NCBI GenBank assembly: GCA_035221665.1
Contig: JAVHYY010000112.1
Span: forward strand, 248,001-312,000
Reading direction: 5' to 3'
Source of the DNA: Okamejei kenojei
Lineage: Eukaryota
Length of the DNA: 64,000 nt
In this document: in pieces, positions 1 through 12,995 of the stretch
How positions within the stretch are numbered: the stretch's first letter is position 1
Layout of the letters: the number at the start of each line of letters is the position of its first letter
Notes under the pieces: generated by a model
Database searches by the model: none
What the model was told of the DNA's origin: nothing
What the model saw: only the letters and a program-made list of their open reading frames with translations
Position numbers and translations under genes: made by a program

Positions 1-1781
1 TAATGGCGGACCAATTGAATAACTACTTTGGTTCCGTCTTCACTAAGGAATACATAAATAATCTGCCTGAATAGCAGGGGGACTGTGGGTCAAAGGAGGA
101 ATTGAGTGAAATCCAGGTCAGTCGGGAAGTGGTGTTTGGGTAAATGAATAGATTGAAAGCCGAATAAATCCCCAGGGCCAGATAGGCTGCATCCCAGAGT
201 ACTTAAGGAAGTAGCTCAGGAAATAGTGGATGCATTAGTGATAATCTTTCAAAACACTTTAGATTCTGGAGTAGTTCCTGAGGATTGGCGGGTAGCAAAT
301 GTAACCCCTCTTTTTAAGAAGGGAGGGAGAGAGAAAACGGGGAATTACAGACCAGTTAGTCTAACATCGGTAGTGGGGAAACTGCTAGAGTCAGTTATTA
401 AAGATGGTATAGCAGCACATTTGGAAAGTGGTGAAATCATTGGACAAAGTCAGCATGGATTTACAAAAGGTAAATCATATCTGACGAATCTAGTGGAATT
501 TTTCGAGGATGTAACTAGTAGCGTGGTAAGGGGGAGAACCAGTGGATGTGGTATATCTGGACTTCCAGAAGGCTTTCGACAAGGTCCCACATAAGAGATT
601 AGTATACAAACGTAAAGCATACGGTATTAGGGGTTCAGTATTGATGTGGATAGAGTAGAGAACTGGCTGGCATACAGGAAGCAAAGAGTAGTGAGTAAAC
701 GGGTCCTTTTCACAATGGCAGGCAGTAACTAGTGGGGTAAACCGCAGGGCTCAGTGCTGGGACGGGGACCCAGCTATTTACAATATATATTAATGATCTG
801 GATGAGGGAATTGAAGGCAATATCTCCAAGTTTGCGGATGACACTAAGCTGGGGGGCAGTGTTCGCTGTGAGGAGGATGCTAGGAGACTGCAAGGTGACT
901 TGGATAGGCTGGGTGAATGTTTGGCAGATGCAGTATAATGTGGATAAATGTGAGGTTATCCACTTTTGGTGCAAAAACAGGAAAGCAGACTATTATTTAA
1001 ATGGTGGCCGATTAGGAAAAGGGGAGATGCAGCGAGACCTGGGTGTCATGGTACACCAGTCATTGAAAGTAGGCATGCAGGTGCAGCAGGCAGTGAAAAA
1101 AAGCGAATGGTATGTTAGCTTTCATAGCAAAAGGATTTGAGGTACAGGAGCAGGGAGGTTCTACTTCAGTTGTACAGGGTCTTGGTGAGACCACACCTGG
1201 AGTATTGCGTACAGTTTTGGTCTCCAAATCTGAGGAAGGACATTATTGCCATAGAGGGAGTGCAGAGAAGGTTCACCAGACTGATTCCTGGGATGTCAGG
1301 ACTGTCTTAAGAAGAAAGACTGATAGACTCGGTTTATACTTTTCTGGAATTTAGGAGATTGAGAGGGGATCTTATAGAAACGTACAAAATTCTTAAGGGG
1401 TTGGACAGGCTAGATGCAGGAAGATTGTTCCCGATGTTGGGGAAGTCCAGGACAAGGGGTCACAGCTTAAGGATAAGGGGGAAATCCTTTAAGACCGAGA
1501 TGAGAAAGACTTTTTTTTCACACAGAGAGTGGTGAGTCTCTGGAACTCTCTGCCACAGAGGGTAGTTGAGGCCAGTTCATTGGCTATATTTAAGAGTGAG
1601 TTGGATGTGGCCCTTGTGGCTAAGGGGATCAGAGGGTATGGAGAGAAGGCAGGTACGGGATACTGAGTTGGAATGATCAGCCATGATTATCTGAATGGCG
1701 GTGCAGGCTCGAAGGGCTGAATGGCCTAGCTCCTGCACGTAATTTCTATGTTTCTATGTTTCTATGTTTCTATGTTTCTAT
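1..1781 (+). mobile_element. CR1-clade LINE, 3' part of ORF2 (RT), frameshifted, with 3' tail
   Basis: ORF pieces 'VPEDWRVANVTPLFKKG..NYRPVSLTS' and 'WQMQYNVDKCEVIHF'; ends in (TTTCTATG)n at 1743-1781. Confidence 0.95.
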
Positions 1782-2759
1782 ATATACCACGGTCGCTTTT
1801 TAGTTGACATGTTTAATCTGAACTTTGAGGGAAACCCAACGAAGAGGACAAACGCAGTGCTCTATCGCCGGTGGACATGGCTAAGACTTTATTTTACGGG
1901 CCTGTTATGTCCTCATCCTGTTATATCACACTTTTTATCTTTACATCTCCCCCCTTTGTCCAACTATCTGGCAATCAAACCCACCCAGAATCCACCTGTC
2001 CCTTGACAGACATTGTGCATCCCGAACTCGCTTCCAGGTCCTCCACCACAAATCCTTCTGAAGAGGGGTCCGACCGTAAACGTTGCCTATCGACGTTCGC
2101 CAGAGATATATCTGGATCCCTGAGTTTACTCATGAACTTTGCGTAGTTTAGTTTGAAAATAAGTCTCTGCAGTTCTTTGTTTCAACATCTGCAGTTGACT
2201 TTACTCCCGTATTTCATACTAAGGTTGGCAAAGGTTGACGCCCGCCTGTGGGATATTCAATAACTGCAAGCTGACCTTGGAAGAGCAAGAAACCGCCGTC
2301 GCAGGTGACGAGCTCTTGTTTGAGCTGCCACCGGAAGGGTGTGAATTTGAATTTACACCTCATCCTTATTTGTTGTTTCGATGCATTGCAGGAGGACAGC
2401 ATTTGCAGAGCGTACCTTCTCTTCTTTGCTCGAAAGTGCAGGAAATATTTATATGCATTAGCACCACGTGCAGTTGTGTATTGAAAACACTGTAGTCCAT
2501 TAGAGGCAAATCACAAATGACTAGAGATGCTGGAATCTGTGGCAAAAATAAAGTTATGTGTTAGAGGGATTAAGCGCGTCTGCCAGACATTGTACAAGAA
2601 AATGGAACGCGTGAGACGAGATGTAGTAACACGAACGGTAAATCCCCACCACAATATTAAAGAGGGAGAGACGGCTGGATAAAAACAGCTGGGCTTGGTA
2701 CAATGCCTGTTTGTTCGTTGTCCATGTGGAGCATCCTTTGTTGCAAACGCATTCTCGCA

Positions 2760-3375
2760 AATTTTAGCAATGTTTAAAACATGTTTGAGATTTAAAAAAT
2801 CAAGTCTGGAATTAATCCCATCAGATAAAGCATAAAAAAAGTTTAATTTGACACCTAATTCACTTTCATAACTTCAGTATTAAAAATGTATGGCAATTTT
2901 CATACTAGGAAATTAGCACCTTGTTCCTATTGCTTTTACATAGATTTAATTCAAAGCTGTGATCTAGGACAGTCAATAGCCCATGACTTCTTAAAAAAAA
3001 TAAGAGAACAGAATAAAATTTACAGGTACGATAGATTGAAGCATTCTGAAACAAATAATGAAAGAATCTTACTTGACTGACCTGAAATTAAAGCATATAA
3101 TTAGCTAGTTACCTAATTGTAGCTAATTACAAAATTCAATTACTGGATCTAAACATCTATCCATTTCTTAAGTGGTTAACATTTTTTAATAGCCTAAGTT
3201 TCCAAATAACATTCACACAAGAATTCACAACACAACATGATTTTTTTAATCTCATTGTCGTGAATTTATAGGCCAAATGGAAGGAATACAGTGTTTAATT
3301 CCCGTAAACTAATGGGCATTTAAATCATCTTGCGAGTGGGATTTTGAGGAAAGCGATCGTTTGGAGCGTTGCAGA
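2760..3375. mobile_element. AT-rich insertion, possibly a DNA-transposon remnant
   Basis: Absent from the other cassette copies, where flanks (11531 and ~12209) are joined by ~680 bp of different sequence; family not identified. Confidence 0.35.
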
Positions 3376-4075
3376 AGATGATGTTATTCTCGTCGCCAAT
3401 AAGCGATACTTGTTCAATCTCGGTATCATTCATAATCGCACTAAAGATTATGTTTGAATGCCACGTTGTTACCTTCCCCCCAGCTAACATTGATATTCGA
3501 GATTTTATGGACCAGCGTCCGCTTTGATCTATCATTTTCACACCTTACCCTTCCATATCGCTAGTCGCCCCCTCCCCTGCATTTCAGTCTCGACTCGAAA
3601 ACGTCTCCTGTCCCACCTATATTTTTTGTCTATCTTCGGCAGGGTACTACAGGATTGAACACCATAAAGTAGAGTACAGGCCGGTGCACATCTACCGCAT
3701 TGTGGGCATTGGGATTTGATTCTGGAATTGATGCGCTGCAATGTAAATAACTTTATTCTGCACTCTGTATCTTTCCCTTTTATCTATTGCACTTCGGTTT
3801 GAATGGGTTTGTATTTATGGATCGTTATCTGGTCTGATCGTTATCCCTGACCACTATAAATCTAAACCCAATCATGTGTTTTCTAGACACCCATTATGTC
3901 ACGCAGATTTCGCCCTCAGCACGGAGAACAGTGGGTTTCAGCTGCACCGATAATACCGCAAGCCGCCCTCGAGAGAAACTGAGTGAGTGGGGATGAATTC
4001 TCAGGCGGCGGGAAACCACAACGACCAAGAACAGTGCAGACGTATCTCGCTGCAGCAGGAAAAGCAGAAGCTAAT

Positions 4076-4115
4076 GTTTTTTGTAGGAAGGTTTTCACTT
4101 GTTCCCATCACTGTG
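4076..4115 (-). other. RSS of V1 (CACAGTG, 24-bp spacer, ACAAAAAAC)
   Basis: cactgtg at 4109-4115, gttttttgt at 4076-4084. Confidence 0.85.
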
Positions 4116-4424
4116 CGGCTAAAGGCGCAGCAATAAACTGCAGAGTCGCTCAGCTTCAGCCACCGAAAGGTTAAACTGACTAATTTTCTATCGGTCGGAG
4201 CTGGACAGTGAAGAGAGCGCCTGCAAATTCGGCTTTCTTCTCGCTACCCACTTGAATATTTAATTCAGGATGAATTCGGGCCTTGAGTCCTGTTGACGTC
4301 GGTACCAATATAAGTAGTAGCCCGTTACTGTGGTATCATAGGTGCAGCTGAATGTCACCGATTCTCCTTCTACCCTCCGTGCTAACGGCAAGCGATTGCG
4401 TGACGCTATCTCCATGATTGGAAT
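4116..4424 (-). pseudogene. TCR alpha/delta-type V pseudogene V1 (family I), leader exon deleted
   Basis: DSVTQS..EGESVTFSCTY..YYLYWYR..LSDSAVYCCAFSR with several frameshifts; leader and promoter missing at ~4620 compared with paralogs. Confidence 0.9.
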
Positions 4425-4944
4425 CTGGTAAAAAATATATGGATTTTGTTTAGGGTTGTCATACGTGCACCGAAATACGGGAAGACTTTTGTATTACATG
4501 CTACCCAAACAGATCAACGGATACTATACTTAAGTACAATCAAATAAACACACGTGCAAAATATAGATAAAGGGAAGATAGAGAGTGCAGAATAAAGTTA
4601 TTATTATTGGTAGCGGATCTGTAACAAGGGATAGTCGGCGTTATGAGGAACTCTTAGGTATCATAATGTAAACGCACTGTGATGAGACGGGTTAATAGGT
4701 TACGTTGATTGCCTGGCGAAATGTACTTTCTGTTTACATTTATCTCCGAGTTAGAAATCATCCCCATTGAACCGCAAGGAACGGATTCGATGCGAGATAG
4801 ATGCAAGTTAGGATGCGCGGCCTCCTTTAGAGTACTGCGATCCGTTTTTGCGCACGTGTCATATGAAAGATGTTATCCAGCGAAAAAGGGTGCAGGGAAG
4901 ACGTGCGATGATATTTCCAACCCAAGGGACCTGAGTATGTTTCG

Positions 4945-5520
4945 TGTAGTTCAGAGATACAGCGCGGAAAACTGGCCGTTCGGCCCACCGAGTCCGTATC
5001 TACCATGCTCCACGCACATCAACATTACCCTCCACTGACTAGGACAATTTTACATCGATCAAGTCAAGTCAAGTCATTTTATTTCTACAGCACATTTAAA
5101 ACAACTCTCCTTGTCCACATTGCTTTACATTAGTGCAGGTACTAACGTGCTTACAAACAGTGGTACATAGATCAACAATACATACGTAAGTACATACATA
5201 CAGCGCTCCACCAAAGGACCCAAGAAAGGCTTGAGTGTATCAATAAGCTTTTAAGTCTAGTCTTAAAAGGGTTGATGAGGGGGGCTGTTCTCATGGGAAG
5301 AGGGATGCTGTTCCATAGTTTAGGTATTTCATCACAAGCCAATTAACCTACAAACATGTACGCCTTTGGATTGTGGTCGAAAAACCCAAGATTTCGGAGA
5401 AAACCCACGCAAGTCACGGGTAGAGCGGACAACTATGTACATAGTTGCCCGTAGTCAGGATACCCGTGTCTCTGGCGCATTTAAGGAAGTAGCTATACCG
5501 TTACGGGACCACCGTGCCGT
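4945..5520 (-). mobile_element. tRNA-derived elasmobranch SINE (HE1-like), interrupted by a LINE 3' fragment at ~5059-5325
   Basis: Same body (acccgtagtcaggat, gagaaaacccacgc, ggcccaccgagtccg) recurs many times in the window. Confidence 0.6.
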
Positions 5521-6224
5521 CGTGCCACTGAGCTATATGGTGAGGATGAGTTCGTCTAGGACGTTATAACATTATTCGCAGGGGATGAAGGGTGTACAAA
5601 ATCATGAAGGAATTGATTGGGTAAACGGACAGGGTCACTTGACCCGTATAGGGGAGGTAGAAAACCAGAGCATACAGGTTGAAGGTGTGTGTGTGGTGGG
5701 GATTTAATAGGAACCAGAGGGGTAACCTTTTTACACAAACAGTGGTGGGTGTCTAGATCGAGCTGCCGGGGGTAGGTAGTTGAGGCAGGTACTATCGAAA
5801 CCTTTTAGACAGGGACATGGAAAGGATAGACATGGAGGAATATTGAGCCAAGCGCAAGCTGATAGGATTAGTGTAGATTGGACATATCGGTCGTTGTTTA
5901 AGTTTGTACCTGTGTTGGTGAGAGAGTGTAAAATTTGGGTTAGACCTGAGAAGAACAGTTGGGTCGCGATAGACGCAACACGGCAATGTAGGCCCAGCCC
6001 AATAACCAGATTGGACTGAACCAACTTTGGTGGCCGCATTTGTGCTTCAGGAGACAGGTAGTTTGGCAGTGACGACCGTGATACAACGGGCAACAGATAA
6101 ATTAGTAATTGTGCCGCTTCGGTTTTTTCTCACCTAATTCACGGTTAAGTTTTAACAGGAAATTCAGGATAGACAGTAAGCAGACAGTATTAAAGGGGAT
6201 ATAAGCATATTTATCTCTTCTGTC

Positions 6225-6808
6225 AATAGGCAATAGGTGCAGGAGTAGGCCATTCGGTCCTTCGAGCCAGTACCGCCATTCAATTTAATCATGGCTATGA
6301 GTTATGGGGAAAAGGCAGGAACGGGATACTGATTGGGGATGATCAGGCACGATCACATTAAATGGCGGTGCTGGCTTCGAAGGGCCGAATGGCCTACTCC
6401 TGCACATATTGTCTATTGTCTATTTGGCTAATCATCCCCAATCTGTACACCGTTCCTGCCTTCTCCCCATAATCCCCTGACTCCGCTATCGTTAAGAGCC
6501 TTGCCTAGTTCTCTCTTGAGACTCATAACTCTCAGTGAGAAAAAGTGTGTTTCCTCGTCTTCGTTTTAAATGGCTTACCCCTTTTTCCTTCAGCTGTGCT
6601 TCCCTGATTCTGGACTCCCCCCCAACATTTGGAACATGTTTCCCTGCCTCTAGCTTGTCCAAACATTTTTAACAATCTTATATCTTTCAATAAGATCCCC
6701 TCTCATTCTGCTAAACTCCCCCAGACCGTACAAGCCCAGCCGCTCCATTCTCTTAGCAAATGACATCCCCGCCGTCCCGGGCATTAATCTTGTAAACCTA
6801 CGCTGCAG
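6225..6808 (-). mobile_element. CR1 LINE 3' fragment with a nested inverted CR1 3' end (6298-6424)
   Basis: QRRFTRLMPG..ERLGLY..RMRGDLIE; nested piece flanked by tggcta at 6292-6297 and 6425-6430. Confidence 0.85.
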
Positions 6809-7449
6809 GTCGATATCCTTGTATAAATATCCGCATCGACAGAACCACCGACAGTAACACACATAGCACCGGAGTTCTCCAGCAGGTCGCGCAGCATCCG
6901 GGTAGGGAATGGATAGGGTGACGTTTGGAGTCGGGACCTTTCGTTGGTCTGATTGTGGGCTACTGACCCTAAACACGCCTGTCTATTTCCTCCACAGATG
7001 AAGCCTGATCTACTGAGCTTCTCCTCTACTTTCAATGCTTCTCAACATTTTCAACATCCGTCAGTTTCACCGGTCGAAAGACGGTGGACTCTGGAGAGAA
7101 CTCGTGTAGCAGCAGTAAAGTATGGAAAAGAGCTGAATGCAGGACTGTTGTTTGAACAACGTTTATTGTGCCAGGTACAACAATAGAGCAACGGGACAAG
7201 CAGAGACAAATATAGACCGTGTCGTTATGAAGATAAACGGGGGAAAGATGTATTGAACACGTGTGATTGCAGCATTACGTGCAGAGTTGAGGGTGCACGG
7301 CCTTGACTCGGAGGACATGGCGTCCTTCGCGGAGGTTTGGAAGCTATTCTTTGGAATTGTGGCGAATTTGCAGGATTCCAAAGAATTTTTATCACCTCAT
7401 TGTCCCCATTCAGGATATAGCCGCGTTGCTCCATATGAAGCATTTTATT

Positions 7450-7597
7450 TTTTAAAGAAGGAACTGCAGATGCTGAGAATCGAGGGTACACAAAAAGCTG
7501 GAGAAACTCAGCGGGTGCAGCAGCATCTAAGGAGCGAAGGAGATAGGCGAACGTTTCGGGTCTCGACCCGAAACGTCCGCCTATCTCCTTCACTTTT
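7450..7597. mobile_element. Short Penelope-like terminal-repeat insertion with partial palindrome
   Basis: aagaaggaactgcagatgctg...acgtttcgggtctcgacccgaaacgt; flanked by duplicated tgaagcattt; empty site in paralogs at ~30485 and ~42525. Confidence 0.7.
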
Positions 7598-7759
7598 TGA
7601 AGCATTTATATGTTCAGCGTTCTTTCACGCTCTTCCCCCAGTCCCTAAGTGCACACGCGCAAACATGTAGTCCTTTTCTTTGATTGTTTAGCACGCAAAC
7701 AAAACGTTTTATTTTACTGTTTATTTTACTGTACGTGACAATAATAAAATAATGAAACA

Positions 7760-7920
7760 ACATTAATACTAAACTAAACTTAACTAAACTAAACGAAACT
7801 AAACTTTACTTAACCTAACTAACTGAACTGAATTGAACTAAACTAAACGTAATGAAACTAAACTGAACTGAACTGACCTAAACTAAACTAAGTTCAACTA
7901 AACTAAATGTAATGAAACTC
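7760..7920. repeat. (AAACT)n microsatellite; paralogs at ~30640-30810 and ~42670-42845
   Basis: Direct reading. Confidence 0.9.
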
Positions 7921-8659
7921 ACTGACATGATTCGGGAACTGTTCAATGCACACTGACGTTCAGGTATATACTTGTCGTTACGTTTGCTCATCATGTAACA
8001 CCGAGCTCCTTGGGTAACACTATTTTGCTTTTATTGCTTCAGATTTTCCTTTATATAAGCTGTGGGGCGGAGGAGCTTCTTTGTGTAGTTTCGTGACCCA
8101 ACTCCAGGACTATACATGAAATGTGTAAAAATAGTATATAAATCATCCCTGAAACTCGTCAAGAACACAACGTGCACATTTGTTTTTTAAATTGGAGATA
8201 AACCGGAAACATATCGATAATTTTAGTCCAATCAAAGCACATTTGACATCGAGTCGGACGCCATTGGCCAATCATGCGCTTTGTTTCTGGCTATTAGCCG
8301 GGGAGCACACAACACGGGTGAGATTACTTCTACTGATGCATATTTTGCTGGAATTCACTATGAGTTTCTTTGTTGTCTGTGAATACATATCGTGGAAACT
8401 TGCAGCAGTGTAATTGAATTTAGTGAGAAAAGCATTAAGAAGTCCTGAAGAATGTGCAACTAAGTGAGAGAAGTGGAAACAAAGCCCGTTGAAAGCAAAG
8501 TCCCTGCTCAGGTGCTGCAGTCAAACTTTGTGAATCAACTGGAATTGAAAGGTAAATTCTAAAATCTGAATTTATGAAAATGAATCTGTATGGACTTTAA
8601 TTAATTTAATTGCTCCCTTTTATAATGTGAATAAATGAGATTTGGAGCGAGCATTAATT

Positions 8660-8772
8660 AATTAATTCATTCACTTGCATTCATTCACTCATTAATTCAC
8701 TCATTCACCAATTCATTGACCTATTCATTCACTCATTCATTCACTCATACATTCACTCATTCATTCACCCAT
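8660..8772. repeat. (TCAT/TCAC)n microsatellite adjoining the N-gap 8773-8929
   Basis: Direct reading. Confidence 0.9.
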
Positions 8773-9769
8773 NNNNNNNNNNNNNNNNNNNNNNNNNNNN
8801 NNNNNNNNNNNNNNNNNNNNNNNNNNNNNNNNNNNNNNNNNNNNNNNNNNNNNNNNNNNNNNNNNNNNNNNNNNNNNNNNNNNNNNNNNNNNNNNNNNNN
8901 NNNNNNNNNNNNNNNNNNNNNNNNNNNNNCTAAACTATGTGTAACCATAACAAAGTAAATTAAAAGATTTTCACTAATGTTAGCTTGTTGAAGTCTAATA
9001 CGTTTTCTTTAACATCTATTTTCGGAGCTGCCTGCGATAACTTACGGGATAAAGTGTTCCAGACCGCGAGGCTTCACATAGTGAAGACTCGGTCTCAATT
9101 AAGAAGCGGCCGATTCGCGAACGCGGACCGCGGAATAGTGGGAGTGTCTTTGGATCATCTCCACGGACGGATAGAGGGGGGGGACCCTTTCCAGGCCTCG
9201 ACCACGTGAGAAAAAACGGATGAATATTGATTGCACGTTATGGGCTTTCATTTGAGTAGGAAATGGGCAGAAATGGCTGATGTTTATGTTGAAATGAATT
9301 GTTGCATGTGAACTTGAACTTGACCTAATGTATCTATGGTGGTAACATTAAGAAGAGGTTTCAAATGTTATGAATTGAAGTCCATGCAGAGATTGTAGCC
9401 TCTGCCTGACCATCCAATTGAACTTGAACTAACTATCATTGGACATCAAAACTTATGAAAAGACTTGGAATCTGATGAAGAATTTTTCAGATGAAGATCA
9501 GCTGTAGTGTAAACAAATAAATTGGGGAAATACATGATTAAATAAAGTTTTATTTTAATGTCGATCGTTTCACTGTTTATTTGGTCAGGTTATTTAAACA
9601 ATGAGTGAATTTCTTTGGATAATGTGTGCTGGTGAATGACAGTTGCGACAGTCCACCCACCCATCCACACACACACACCCATCCATAAGCACACTTTCAA
9701 GCATGCACACACACACATACATGCACACACACATCCGCACACACACATATCCACACTTCCATCAGCACG

Positions 9770-10032
9770 CAGACATAACAGGTCCCTTGTCCCCACCGAG
9801 ACTGAACCGACACATTAACACTATTCTAACTAAAACCACACTAGGACAATTTACACTTACACCAAACCAATTATCCTACATACCTGTGCACAGATGTCGG
9901 AGAAAACCCACGTGGTCACGGCGACAACGTGCAAACTCCGTACAGACAGCACCCGTAGTCGGGATCCAACTCGTGTCTCCGGCGCTGCAAAGTCCTGTCA
10001 GGCAACAACTCTACTGCTGCGCCACCGTGGCC
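9770..10032 (-). mobile_element. tRNA-derived SINE (HE1-like); paralogs at ~35870-36160 and ~44860-45150
   Basis: Minus strand starts ggccacggtggcgcagcagtagagttgttgcc and has a B-box-like gagttggatccc. Confidence 0.65.
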
Positions 10033-12956
10033 GCTCGGAAATTAATTTGGTTGGGTTGGAATGGTGGGCAGGATCAATAATTCACGCGAATGCTTTGCGG
10101 TCTCGGTCTCACATTGAATGAACACAACGCATTTTCGCGGATAATAATAAAGATAGGCAAACGTCAAAAAAGATTTCCACACGCTAAAAAAACCTTCAAA
10201 ATAATAAAATGGCCTTATCCTCCTTGATTTAATCGGTGCTCTGGTAAATGTTTGATGAAGCGAGGGGTGGATCTCATCATTCAAAACTGGAGATGAACAA
10301 CCAACAAAATAATTTGCAGCAAGTTGAAGCATGACACATCGTTTTTAAAGGAGAGGAGCGTCTCGGCGTCCAAACTATTCATCTCCATCGCGGATTCAAT
10401 GCTTTCTCTTAACATCTCGTCTGTGCCATTTTACAAAGCCATTGCCCACATATCGCCCCTCCTCGTGCCTTGGCCGTTATTTCCCTTCATCCTCTGACAA
10501 AGTTAGATTATTTTAATATTATTATCAGTGGCATTATTTTTATGTATGTTGTTGTTAGATAATTTCATTGAATTAATTGAGAAATTCTTGTCACTGTTAT
10601 TTTTCAAGAGCGCGCGCCGGTGTGTAAATCTTCGGCGACTTGATGCCTATCTTTATCATTCTCTTAGAACATTCTTGTTACCGATATTCATCCGATTGGT
10701 TCACCCCAAGCTCTGCCTCACCTCACTGTATTCAGATAAAATATACCGTAGGTCCAACAGTTGCAGTGGCCCCAAGTTCGACTGTGTAGATCTGTGATTG
10801 ACAAATAAGCTTGCAGTGTAGTTACCGGATTGACCAACTAACCGGGATACACGCCTGTGCACACTGTGATTGACGATCCATTCCCCTCTATAACAATAAT
10901 ATACCAGGTATTCTGCCGATCACTTATTTTCGCAACTGAGTTCAGGCAGATCAATACCATTCGAACATTTTAAGACACGACGCCATTTTACAAAAATATA
11001 TACAATTTAATGAAGAAAACTATATGAAGCAACGTGTCATGATTTGAAATAAAGATAATTTTCATCTTGCTTGTTTCGCTTTGTTATGTAGAAATTAGGA
11101 TCGTGCTAAGCGTTTACGCCGTATATCTACCCGTTCTGCCAGAACAGCCTTCCCGTCCATTCTTGAAAGCAATCAGAAATTGATCCAATACCGTGTAAAT
11201 CAAGCCAACCTTTATTTATACCAGGGAAGAAAGCACGGTTGATAATTGTGGTGCATTGGAGACAAGTCGCAAATGACTACAGATGCTGGAATCTGCAGCA
11301 AAAATAAAATGACGTGTTGGTGAAACTCAGCGGCGTCTGCCAGACATTGTACAACTAAATGAAATGCTTGAGACGAGTTGTAGTACACAAACAGTGAATC
11401 CCACCTGAGGATTAAATGATTAGTGGATGGACTGCGGTGAGGGGGACGGATGGAGAAAACAGCACGGCTTGGTACGATGCCTGTTTCTTCGTTGGCCATA
11501 TGGAGCATCCTTTGTACCAAAATCCATTCTCGCAAATCTCCCCAAGCGCGGATTACGGCTTGTGGACTGCCTTTTGGAGCCAGCAGTACAGGCTAATATT
11601 TTTAACTTCGCCACTAATGTCCGCCCCGGCGTGAAATTGGACTGGAACTACTTTGCTCCTCCATTTTCCTAATCGTTTTGGCTATGTACCCCGATGGTTA
11701 CACCGACTCAATAGATGAGGGGTGATGTAATCTGCAGCAATAAAATAAAACAATTGGCTGGAGCTGCGTCCACTTGAACCCTGTTGTGCCCAGTATCTTG
11801 GCAAATTGCACAACGGGGCGTAGATAGGGATTCCTGCAGCAAGTAGAAAGTGTCAATATGAGTTTTTTGCAAACACACAGACGAGGCACGCTGATCACGT
11901 GATGTGTTGTAGGTTACACAGACTCACTTCGACATCGTTTCCGCTAATCAAGCCCCTTCCTTTTGACGACCACGGATGGATTCGGGGGCCTGTGATGTTG
12001 GATGGTTGAGATCAACTCAGAAATAGGAGCCGCGTCAGGCTTTCGCTGTGCTATCAATGAGCAAGTGTGGAATCGCTCTCCTCTTGTCCGCGTCTGCGAT
12101 GACGTTGGCAATAAAGCACTTGATGTAATGCGTTCAGCTGCAATGAGCAACATTGCATTCCCCAATCGAGCCTGACAATTGACAATGTAGGGAGCACACA
12201 GATGAAGAAGATGATGTTTCATCCTCGTTGCCAATAAGCGATATATTTCAATCTCGGTATCATTCATAATTGCACTGATGTTTCTGTTTAATGCCACGTT
12301 GTTATCTTCCCTCCAGCTAACAATTATATTCGACATTTCCTGGATCACCGTCCGCTTTGATCTATCCTTTTCCACACCTTAAACCCTTCCATATCGTTAG
12401 TCCCCCTCTCCCCTGCCTACCATCTCGACCCGAAACGTCCCGCCTCCGGTCCCCGCTTTTACACCAGCATTCTGTGTCTATCTTCGGCAGGGTAAGATTT
12501 AACTCCATAAAGTAGAATACAGGCCAGTGGCATTGTGGAAATTGGGATTCGATTCTGGAATTGATGCGCTACAATGTACAGAGCTTTGTTCTGCACTGTG
12601 TAATCTTTCAATTTGCTCTATCTATTGCACTTCGCTTTGAATGGGTTGTATTTATGCATCGTTATCTAATCTGATGGCCAGCCTGGGAAGCATAGTTTAT
12701 CACTGTATCTCTGACCATTATGAATCTAAATCCAATCCATGTGATTTCCAGACAGCAGACATGGCGATTCTGTTCACACAGATGCCTCCCTCTGCACGAG
12801 CACAGCAAGGGTGTCGGTGGGTTTCAGCTGCGCCGAAGACACCGCAAGCCGCCCTCGGGAGAAACTGAGTGAGTTGGGGTCCTCAGGCGGCGGTAAACCA
12901 CAACCATCAAGCGCGGTGCAGAAGTATCTTGCTGCAGCAGGCGAAGGAGAAACTGA

Positions 12957-12995
12957 TGTTTTTGTATGAAGGTTTCACTTGTTTCCATCACTGTG
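12957..12995 (-). other. 23-RSS of V2 (CACAGTG, 23, ACAAAAACA)
   Basis: cactgtg 12989-12995; tgtttttgt 12957-12965. Confidence 0.92.

Noticed and set aside
2214-2495. Short protein-looking ORFs
   Set aside because: No recognisable motif or splice structure
10860-10870. Isolated CACAGTG heptamer on the minus strand (paralog at ~37006)
   Set aside because: No nonamer at 12 or 23 bp and no adjacent D or J sequence
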